Part shown: piece after piece, positions 20,217 to 28,401 of the stretch
Layout: every line of letters starts with the position of its first letter
How positions within the stretch are numbered: position 1 is the first letter of the stretch
Assembly (NCBI GenBank): GCA_045862955.1
Contig: BTVI01000007.1
Location: 15,778-79,777, forward strand
DNA: 64,000 nt
Source: Fimbriimonadales bacterium
Lineage (GTDB): Bacteria > Armatimonadota > Fimbriimonadia > Fimbriimonadales > JABRVX01
Direction: 5' to 3'
Position numbers and translations under genes: made by a program
Notes under the pieces: model-generated
What the model was told of the DNA's origin: nothing
The model's database searches: none
The model's input: only the letters and a program-made list of their open reading frames with translations

Positions 20217-22097
20217 CTAGTTGTCGCCAGCCTTGCCGAAGTTCACGAGAACGATGTTCAGGTCGGCCAAGCCCACCGAACCACTGCCGTCGTAGTCACC
20301 AGAGCCGCTGCTACCAAAGTTGAGCAAGACCAAGTTCAGGTCACTCAGCTCGACCTGGTTGCTGCCATTTCCGTCACCGCAGGTGAGATTGACGGTGCCG
20401 ACGTTGTTGGAGCCGCCAACCAGCGCCACGTTGCCCAACCTCTTCCACAGATAGTTGGGGGCGCCGAAGCGCAGGTCGTAGTTGCCGGGGCCGAGAGACA
20501 GCGTGGTGGTGAAGTTGCCGGAGCCGTCCAGAGTGAGCGACTTGGTCTCTAGCACGGTGCCGCCACCGACCGCGTACACCTGCAGGGTGCCGGTCACGCT
20601 GCCGACGTTCACGTGGAACTCCAGCCCGAGCTTCCCGCTCACCTGCACAGAGGTCGGAATGAGCTGGGAGATGTGTATCTTGTAGGCTTCCTTGGTGTTT
20701 GCCGGGTGAGAAGCGTTGTTCGGGGGGTCGGCGTTAGGGTTATAACCGACGATGCCACCGGTCAAGTACACGTAGCCGCTCACGGGGTCCAGACCGACCG
20801 CCACGTTCGCGCCCTTGTAAGGCATCTTCACACTGGAGACGGTCCAGGTGTCGGTCACCGTGTCATAGATCTGAATGTCGTCCAACACGGTGGCATAGTC
20901 GGCCTCGGTCATGGTGCCACCGAAGGCGATGAGGTAGCGATCCTGATACGCGATCGCAGAGGCCCGCCAGCCGGTCACCGGGGGCGGCGTCTTGGCAGTG
21001 ATGACACCCGACAGCGGCACGTAGGCATCCAGGCGGTTGGGGCCACTCAGGATGTAAGCAGTGCCATTGATGCCGACCACGTTGGCACGCCGGTTCACGG
21101 TATACCCGCCGGCGATCGGGTCCTCGGTCCAGGTGTCGGTGGCGAAGTCGTAGACTTCCATGTTGTTGTCGAGGGTGTTCCAGACGAACTTGTTGCCGAC
21201 CTGCCCACCAGCGCCACGAGCCTCACCGCCGTTCGTTACCGAAGCGCCGCTGGACCACTCGCCAGTGACCGGGTTGTAGATGTCCACGTCACCGGGCTTC
21301 CAGTTCGGATAGCCGCCGAAAACGTAGATCTCCTTGGTGCCGTCATTGTCCTTGTCGTAGGCACCGCAGTTCGTCTGAGCGTAGCTGAAGTTGCCGTTCG
21401 ATGTAAGTGGCGGGTGCGCTCCCGCGTTGTAGCCGGTAGCTACACCGCCTGGCTCCACGTCCCAGTTGTTCATGCCGGTGTGGCCTAGTGAAGTGGTGAT
21501 GTAGAGCTTGTCGTTCGGGTCATTCTGCCAAAGGTCCGGCACGTGCATCCAGCTGCAGCAGGTGCCCTCGAACACCAGATAGGTTACGCCGGTGTCATAT
21601 ACGACCTGATTGACCACCAGGCCAAACGAGTTATTCTCGCCTGCCTGGATGCCGCGTCCCGAGACGACCTTAACGAAGTCACCCGGGAACACCGTGGTGG
21701 TCAGGTCGCCGAGGAGATAGACCGAGAGTGCATCGTTGTAGACGACATCACCCGTGTTGACGAGGAGGTCCTGGGTGCCTGCAGTCTCCCAGGTAGTGCC
21801 GTTGTAGGCGCTGATCTTAGACTGCCGGTTCCAGTCCCAGGCGCGGGTCCCTTCCTTCAGCTGCACGCGGTCGCTGCCGACGCCCCAGCTCAGGTCGAAC
21901 ATTCCGTACCCGCCGATGACCCAGAACTTGCCGTTGGCAAACGTGCTGGCCGAGCCCATGGTCGGCACAGCATAGCTGCCGATGGAGTCGCCGTACGACC
22001 AAGCACAGGGGTCGTCCGCGATCTGTGTCCACTGCGCCACGGCCGAACCGCACAGGGCCGCCGCGACGAGCAGGATGGAGATACCTCGTCCTACCAT
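20217..22097 (-). CDS. Secreted kelch-repeat protein with C-terminal Ig-like plus dockerin-like module (paralogue 1)
   Basis: Signal peptide ending AVA-QW; kelch motifs (YVFGG, IYNPVTGEW, IYDTVTDTW); paired GDxxGxxxVxLxDL motifs; AAAGGAG SD. Confidence 0.8.
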   Translation of the reverse strand: MVGRGISILLVAAALCGSAVAQWTQIADDPCAWSYGDSIGSYAVPTMGSASTFANGKFWVIGGYGMFDLSWGVGSDRVQLKEGTRAWDWNRQSKISAYNGTTWETAGTQDLLVNTGDVVYNDALSVYLLGDLTTTVFPGDFVKVVSGRGIQAGENNSFGLVVNQVVYDTGVTYLVFEGTCCSWMHVPDLWQNDPNDKLYITTSLGHTGMNNWDVEPGGVATGYNAGAHPPLTSNGNFSYAQTNCGAYDKDNDGTKEIYVFGGYPNWKPGDVDIYNPVTGEWSSGASVTNGGEARGAGGQVGNKFVWNTLDNNMEVYDFATDTWTEDPIAGGYTVNRRANVVGINGTAYILSGPNRLDAYVPLSGVITAKTPPPVTGWRASAIAYQDRYLIAFGGTMTEADYATVLDDIQIYDTVTDTWTVSSVKMPYKGANVAVGLDPVSGYVYLTGGIVGYNPNADPPNNASHPANTKEAYKIHISQLIPTSVQVSGKLGLEFHVNVGSVTGTLQVYAVGGGTVLETKSLTLDGSGNFTTTLSLGPGNYDLRFGAPNYLWKRLGNVALVGGSNNVGTVNLTCGDGNGSNQVELSDLNLVLLNFGSSGSGDYDGSGSVGLADLNIVLVNFGKAGDN

Positions 22098-22260
22098 CAG
22101 AATTCGATGCTCCTTTCTCGATGAAGGCCTGTAGGCTTTGCCGTTATTATATCGCACTCTCGTTCACGAAGCAGCAGTCGAGCAGAGCAGAATTGCCAGA
22201 ATCGGCTGAATTTCAAGGGGAAGGGTCTAAAGACCCTGGTACCGAAGTGTGCGAAAAGAG

Positions 22261-22289
22261 CGGTCCAGTGCCCGCTGGGCACTGGACCG
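22261..22289 (-). terminator. Intrinsic terminator after paralogue 2
   Basis: CGGTCCAGTGCCC-GCT-GGGCACTGGACCG followed on the minus strand by CTCTTTT. Confidence 0.7.
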
Positions 22290-22318
22290 TAAGTTACTCT
22301 AGTAGCGGTTGTTGGCGA

Positions 22319-24163
22319 CTAGTTGTCGCCCGTCTTTCCGAAGTTGACGAGAACGATGTTCAGATCGGCCAGGCCAACCGAACCACTGCCGTCGTAGTCA
22401 CCTGCGCCGGTGCCACCGAAGTTGATGAGCACCTGGTTCAGGTCACCCAGATCGATCTGGTTGTTGGCATTGCCGTCGCCACACGTGAGATTGACGGTTC
22501 CGACGTTGTTCGGGCCGCTGGAGAGGTTGACGTTGGTTAGCCTCTTCCACAGGTAGTTCGGTGCACCGAACCGCAGGTCGTACGTTCCGGGGCTGACGCC
22601 GAGGTCCACATTGAAGTTGCCCGACCCATCGAGGGTCAGAGACTTCGTCTCGATGAGACCGCCGCCAAACGGGCTGTAAACCTGCAGTGTCCCGGTAACC
22701 AGCGCCGGATTGAGATGGAACTCGAGACCCAGCGTGCCGCTGACGGAAACGGCAGTCGGGATGATTTGGGAGATGTGGGTCTTGTAGGCCCAGTTTCTCC
22801 ACGTAACCGTCTCGTCCAGGCCGTCTGCGTAGTAGATTGTCCCATCGGGGGCAAGGCCGACCGCGGGGGTGGTTGCCTTGTATGGACAGGTCACTGGCGA
22901 CACGGTCCAAGTATCGTTCTCCGTGTCGTAGATCTGAATGGCGTCCGTGGCGGAAGCCGCCCCTGATCCGGTGCGACCACCGAACAGCAGAATGTACTTA
23001 CCGTACTTGATCGTGGAGCACTGGTTGCCAGTCACTGGCGGCGGGGTCTTCTTGACCCAGTTACCACTGAATAGGTCTACCACGAGGGTCGTCAGAGGGT
23101 CACCGCCGACCCAACCCCAGAACACGTACATGGTGTTGCCGATGACCTCTACGTTGCGCATGAAAGACATGCTGGGGTCGGCGAGGTCACACTGAACAGC
23201 CCACTGCTCGTTCTGAAGGTCGTAGCGGAAGACCTTCCACCAAGGGCCGAGGGAAGAGTCGTCGCCCCATGTGATCCAATAGAAGTACTGGCCTTCCTGT
23301 GCACCTCCCATGCGCTGCACGTCGATGCCGCCAACTAGGGTGCCGATGTCGCCACCGCCTCGGCGCCAGGAGTTGGCCGCCGGGTCGTAGATGTCCACGT
23401 TGTTGGGAATCCAGTGCGGATAGCCGTTGAACAAGAAGATCTCCTTGACGCCATCGCCGTTCTGATCCCAGGCCGCCGTGCTGTTGGTGTATGCCTGGTA
23501 GCCGTGCGATTCGAACGGTGCGATCTGGTCACGAGAGTCGTTCAGACCGGTAAGGCCGACAGTGCTTACCCGATAGAACTTGGTAGGTCCGCCGATCCAG
23601 TACTCGCATACTCCCTCGAACCAATAGGTTCGCTCGAAGGTGACGATGCACAGACCCAGATCGTAGACCACGGAAAGCACCTTGCCGTAGCAGGCTCCGG
23701 TCGGGGTGCCAGAGCCGTCTTCAGCTACGCACTTGATCCAGTCGCCAGGAAAGATGACGCCGGTCAGGTCGTCGAGAGTTGACAGGCTCTCAGGGTCGTT
23801 ATACGCGGTGTCCGCGGACGCAACGAGAAGAGCCTGAGCTCCGGCAGTCTCCCAGGCGTCGGTGACCGGATCGTAGATGCTGGCCTTGGAGTGTCGGTTG
23901 TCCGTGGCCCAGTTCTTCTCGCGGCCCCAGTATCCGAGCTCTTTGTAGGGGGTTATTCCGCTGCGACCGCCGAGAACGTAGAACTTGTTGTTAGCAAACG
24001 TGTTGAAGGTGCGATAGACGTAGAGCACCTGAGTATCGGTAGGCGTGAAGATGCTGTCTCCGTAGGCCCAAACGGACGGATCATTCGGGATTGCCGTCCA
24101 CTGGGCAGTGGCGATGCCGGCCGCAGATGCGAGCAGCAACGCCGTGATACTCCATCGTACCAT
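22319..24163 (-). CDS. Secreted kelch-repeat protein with C-terminal Ig-like plus dockerin-like module (paralogue 2)
   Basis: Same architecture as 20217-22097. Confidence 0.8.
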   Translation of the reverse strand: MVRWSITALLLASAAGIATAQWTAIPNDPSVWAYGDSIFTPTDTQVLYVYRTFNTFANNKFYVLGGRSGITPYKELGYWGREKNWATDNRHSKASIYDPVTDAWETAGAQALLVASADTAYNDPESLSTLDDLTGVIFPGDWIKCVAEDGSGTPTGACYGKVLSVVYDLGLCIVTFERTYWFEGVCEYWIGGPTKFYRVSTVGLTGLNDSRDQIAPFESHGYQAYTNSTAAWDQNGDGVKEIFLFNGYPHWIPNNVDIYDPAANSWRRGGGDIGTLVGGIDVQRMGGAQEGQYFYWITWGDDSSLGPWWKVFRYDLQNEQWAVQCDLADPSMSFMRNVEVIGNTMYVFWGWVGGDPLTTLVVDLFSGNWVKKTPPPVTGNQCSTIKYGKYILLFGGRTGSGAASATDAIQIYDTENDTWTVSPVTCPYKATTPAVGLAPDGTIYYADGLDETVTWRNWAYKTHISQIIPTAVSVSGTLGLEFHLNPALVTGTLQVYSPFGGGLIETKSLTLDGSGNFNVDLGVSPGTYDLRFGAPNYLWKRLTNVNLSSGPNNVGTVNLTCGDGNANNQIDLGDLNQVLINFGGTGAGDYDGSGSVGLADLNIVLVNFGKTGDN

Positions 24164-24283
24164 CGGAAGTGTACGCTCCTTTCCTATCTGCGGGCCGCTC
24201 TGGCCCTCGTTCTAATTATAACGCAGCTTTCGTCCTTCGTTGCGTGTACTAGCCGGCATTCGCGGAAAGGAGCGATGAGAATC

Positions 24284-24310
24284 GGCCCGGCGCCTTGCAG
24301 GCGCCGGGCC
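24284..24310 (-). terminator. Hairpin after paralogue 3
   Basis: GGCCCGGCGCCT-TGC-AGGCGCCGGGCC. Confidence 0.65.
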
Positions 24311-24341
24311 ATGCTCTTATCCAGTGAGCAAAGGCTTGGGT

Positions 24342-26204
24342 CTAGTTGTCGCCCGCCTTGCCGAAGTTCACGAGAACGATGTTCAGGTCAGCCAGGCCAA
24401 CCGAACCACTGCCGTCGTAGTCACCCGCGCCGGTGCCACCGAAGTTGATGAGCACCTGGTTCAGGTCACCCAGATCGATCTGGTTGTTGGCAGTGCCGTC
24501 ACCGCAGATCAGGTTGACGGTGCCTACGTTGTTCGGGCCGCTGGCGAGGCTGACGTTGCTCAGCCTCTTCCACAGATAGTTCGGCGCGCCGAACCGCAGG
24601 TCGTACGTGCCGGGGCTGACGCCGAGGTTTACGTTGAAGTTGCCCGACCCGTCGAGGGTCAGAGACTTCGTCTCGATGAGACCGCCGCCACCGGCGCCGT
24701 ACACCTGCAGGGTGCCGGTCACGCTGCCGACGTTTACGTGGAACTCGAGGCCAAGCTTGCCGGTGACCGATACCGTAGTCGGGATGAGCTGGGAAACGTG
24801 GATCTTGTAGGCGTCGTTCACCCAGACGACCGACTCGTTCAGGCCGTCCGCGAAGTAGATTGTCCCGTCCGGAGCGATCGCGCAGGCGGCGGTGCTCGCC
24901 TTGTACGGAGTCTTGATCGCGGAGACGGTCCAGGTGTCAGTCTCGGTGTCGTAGATCTGGATCGCGTCCGTCGCCGATCCGGCTCCGCCTCCTGTGCGGC
25001 CAGCCAGCAGGATTATGTACTTGCCATACTTGACGATGGCGCCTTGGTTGGCAGTTACGGGCGGAGGGGTCTTCTTGACCCATGCGCCGGTGGTTAGATC
25101 GACCTCCAGCGTCGTATGGAGCCAAGCGGGCGGGCTTGCGCCGTCCCAACCCCAGAACACGTACAGCTTGTTGCCGACGACTTCGCAGTGCTTCATGAGC
25201 GGCATGCCGGCAGTGGCATCGCCGGGGTTCAGGATGTCCATGTCCGACCAGGTCTCGGTGGAGAGGTCGTAGGTGAACAGCTTGAACCAAGACGGCGTTC
25301 CACCGCTCTGCTGGGTGATCCAGTAGAACTTGTTTCCGCTCTGTACTCCACCCGGCGCCGGAGCATCGATGCCGGGGAAGGCACTCAGATAGTCGCTATC
25401 GCCGGCGTCACGCCAGGAGTTGGTCGCATAGTTGTACACGTCGACGCTGTGCGGAACCCAGTGCGGATAGCCGCCGAAGATGAACAACTCGGCGATGCCG
25501 TCCGAGTCGGTATCCCAAGCGGCACACATGTTGGTGTACGACTGATAGCCGTGAGACTCGAATGGCGGCATGCTGCCTCTGGCCGGATACTGAATCAGAC
25601 CGTTGAGGCCAGATACCGTTACCTTGAAGAACCGGTCGCCTGACCCGCCGAGCCAATACTTGACCACGCCGTCGGCGCCCCGTCGCACGAACTTCACTTC
25701 GCCGAGACCGTCGGCGAAGGTAACGGACTCGACCTCACCGTAGCAAGCAGCCGAGTCATCCGCTGCGATGACCTTGATCCAGTCACCGGGGAAGACCACG
25801 CCTGTCAGGTCGGCCAGGGTGAGCATCGTGTCCTCGTCGAGCTGGCCGGTGTCGGACGTCGCGACGAGCTGCGACTGAGTGCTCGCGGTCTCCCAAGTGT
25901 TGGAAACCGGGTCGTACAGGCTCATCTTGGAATGGCGGTTGGAGGTGGCCCAGTTCTTGGCCGTGTCCCGCCAACCGTTCTCGGTATAGTCGGTCCCCGA
26001 GCGTCCGCCCAGGATGTTGAATTTGCCGTTAGCGAAAATGTTGAAGGTGCGGTAGACGTTTAGCACCTGCGAATTGGTGGGTGTGAAGATGCTGTCCCCA
26101 TAGGGCCAAACGGACGGATCATTCGGGATCGCCGTCCACTGGGCGGCTGCGAGGCCCACCAGACCGAGGGAGAGAACGATGGATGCGATACTGCGTCGTA
26201 TCAT
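24342..26204 (-). CDS. Secreted kelch-repeat protein with C-terminal Ig-like plus dockerin-like module (paralogue 3)
   Basis: Same architecture. Confidence 0.8.
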   Translation of the reverse strand: MIRRSIASIVLSLGLVGLAAAQWTAIPNDPSVWPYGDSIFTPTNSQVLNVYRTFNIFANGKFNILGGRSGTDYTENGWRDTAKNWATSNRHSKMSLYDPVSNTWETASTQSQLVATSDTGQLDEDTMLTLADLTGVVFPGDWIKVIAADDSAACYGEVESVTFADGLGEVKFVRRGADGVVKYWLGGSGDRFFKVTVSGLNGLIQYPARGSMPPFESHGYQSYTNMCAAWDTDSDGIAELFIFGGYPHWVPHSVDVYNYATNSWRDAGDSDYLSAFPGIDAPAPGGVQSGNKFYWITQQSGGTPSWFKLFTYDLSTETWSDMDILNPGDATAGMPLMKHCEVVGNKLYVFWGWDGASPPAWLHTTLEVDLTTGAWVKKTPPPVTANQGAIVKYGKYIILLAGRTGGGAGSATDAIQIYDTETDTWTVSAIKTPYKASTAACAIAPDGTIYFADGLNESVVWVNDAYKIHVSQLIPTTVSVTGKLGLEFHVNVGSVTGTLQVYGAGGGGLIETKSLTLDGSGNFNVNLGVSPGTYDLRFGAPNYLWKRLSNVSLASGPNNVGTVNLICGDGTANNQIDLGDLNQVLINFGGTGAGDYDGSGSVGLADLNIVLVNFGKAGDN

Positions 26205-26513
26205 CCTCAGATAGGTGCTCCTTTTCTAGTTTGAAGCCGGAAGGCTGCACATCCATTATACAGCAAGTTTATCGTTTATTCATGCTAAACGTTCGACTTT
26301 CTTCCCTAGAAGCTGTCGCAAAACAAAAACTAGCAACTTCGAACGCCTCCGCAGACTCGCCCATCGGCTAGCCTTCACTCGATAGACAAAACGATTTTTA
26401 GGACCATAGGACCTAGAGTGTTCACGGGTTCTTGCATCTGCCGGTGATGCAACCCGCATCGGGAGGCGAGCGGGCCCCCGGTCTAGCAGCGGCGCGCCTA
26501 GGCGAGACCCTCT

Positions 26514-28313
26514 CTAGTCGTCACCCTGCTTACTAAAGTTGACGAGAACGATGTTCAGATCGGCTAGGCCGACGTGTCCGTCGCCGTCGTAGTCCCCCGT
26601 GCCAGACTTCGCGAAGTTGATGAGCACGATGTTCAGATCGGCGAGGTCCACCTGGTTGTTGCCGCTGCCGTCGCCGTTCCGAAGCGCTACCGTGCCGACC
26701 GCGTTATCACCGCGCGACAAGGTCACGCCATTCAAACGCTTTGCCAAGAAGTTCTGGGCCAGGAAGCGGAGATCGTAGACACCTGGAGAGACGCCTAACG
26801 GCGAGACGAACCCTCCCGTAGCATCGAGCTCGAGAGTGGCGGTTGCGACGGGCTCCGTTCCTCCCGGCGCAAACACTTGGACGGATGCGGGTACGGCCGA
26901 AGGGTCCAGATGGAACTCTAGGTCCAGAGTGCCCGAGACGCCGCTGGTCAGCAGCGACGCTGCCGGAATGGCGTAGGCGTCGTTTCGCCACATGACGTTG
27001 TGGTCTAGCCCTCCAGCGATGTACACAATGCCATCCGGCGAGATCCCTGCCGCAATGCCACTTCCGCGAAACGGAAGACGGTATGGGGAGACGAACCACG
27101 TGTTGGAAACGGTGTCGTACACCTGCACCGCATCGACTGCCGTCGAAGCGCCTCCGCCGGAGCGCCCACCGAACAGAATCACGTAGTCGCCGTACCGCAC
27201 GGATGCCGACTGGTTCGCGGTCACGGGCGGGGGTGCCAACGCGGCGAATGTGCCCTGCAGCACATCGTATCGCACGGTCTTCTTGGAGCTAGCGTCCCCC
27301 CCGAAGTAGTAGACAGCTCCCTTGGGACCGAGCTCGGGAAAGCCCTGTCCAGTGCAGAGGAAGTCCAGCGCGAGCCCCGGCACTAGGTCGAGCGTCCACG
27401 TATCGGTGACGAGGTCGTACACTTGCACCTGTCCGCCCTCGTCCCGTCCCATCCAGCAGAACAGGTCGCCTACCTGAGCTCCGGCAGCTCGCTGCTCGTT
27501 TACCGAGCCGGGGAGGTTGCCGGTTGCCCTGGACCAGGACTTGGTGGCGGGGTTGTACACGTCCACGTTGTTGGGTGTCCAATGCGGATAGCCGGAGAAG
27601 AGGTAGATCTCCTTCAGGCCGTCGGCATCCCTGTCGTACGCCGCCACCATCGTGTGGTTGCCCGCCTGATAGCCTTCTCCCGCCCGCGCGACGTCGCCGC
27701 CGTTTCCGTTGTTGATAGGCGCAGGGCCCATGACCGTCACGACGAACACCTTGTCACCGGCTCGCGGGCTCCAAGTGGGGGGTACCACACCTCTCGAGAG
27801 AGTCACAGTCGTTGCCGCGCCGTCGAAAGTGAGGCTGCCTATCCTGCCGACGAACGACTTCACCTCGCCAGGCACGATGCCGTCACCGGATTCGACGCGG
27901 ACTTGGTCTCCAACGACGAGGTCGCCTGTGACATCGCCCTGGACGAGGAAGCTGCCTGCATCCAGACGCACCACCTCTCCCGTGTAGGCTAGCTGGGACT
28001 GCACCCCGCCACCTTCCCATGTTCCCGAGACGGGGTCGAACACGCTCAGGTGCGAGTGCCGATTGGAGTTGGGCCACACGGTGAGGCCTTCCTCGTAATC
28101 GAAGCCCGAACGGCCGCCGAGCACGTAGAACTTGCCGTTGGCAAAGACGGAGAAGGATCGGCTGACGAAGATCTGCTGGCTGTTCGCGGGCTCCGAGATG
28201 CTGTCGGCATAGGGCCAGGCGCACGGGTCCGGGGGGAGAGCGGTCCACTGGGCAGCAGCCGCAGCGCTGAGCGAGACGATACAGATGCCGGAGGAGAGGA
28301 TGGGAGCTGTCAT
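26514..28313 (-). CDS. Secreted kelch-repeat protein with C-terminal Ig-like plus dockerin-like module (paralogue 4, most divergent tail)
   Basis: Same architecture; AAAGGAG SD. Confidence 0.8.
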   Translation of the reverse strand: MTAPILSSGICIVSLSAAAAAQWTALPPDPCAWPYADSISEPANSQQIFVSRSFSVFANGKFYVLGGRSGFDYEEGLTVWPNSNRHSHLSVFDPVSGTWEGGGVQSQLAYTGEVVRLDAGSFLVQGDVTGDLVVGDQVRVESGDGIVPGEVKSFVGRIGSLTFDGAATTVTLSRGVVPPTWSPRAGDKVFVVTVMGPAPINNGNGGDVARAGEGYQAGNHTMVAAYDRDADGLKEIYLFSGYPHWTPNNVDVYNPATKSWSRATGNLPGSVNEQRAAGAQVGDLFCWMGRDEGGQVQVYDLVTDTWTLDLVPGLALDFLCTGQGFPELGPKGAVYYFGGDASSKKTVRYDVLQGTFAALAPPPVTANQSASVRYGDYVILFGGRSGGGASTAVDAVQVYDTVSNTWFVSPYRLPFRGSGIAAGISPDGIVYIAGGLDHNVMWRNDAYAIPAASLLTSGVSGTLDLEFHLDPSAVPASVQVFAPGGTEPVATATLELDATGGFVSPLGVSPGVYDLRFLAQNFLAKRLNGVTLSRGDNAVGTVALRNGDGSGNNQVDLADLNIVLINFAKSGTGDYDGDGHVGLADLNIVLVNFSKQGDD

Positions 28314-28401
28314 CGCAAAGCGGACTCCTTTCCAAATCGAGGCACCGCCACTCGCGGCGACCCTGTGTATTATAACGTGATCGGACGAGCTCGTGGTCCT
28401 C

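Noticed and set aside
20217-28313. Diversity-generating retroelement acting on the kelch genes
   Set aside because: No reverse transcriptase and no template/variable repeat pair with adenine-specific mismatches was seen
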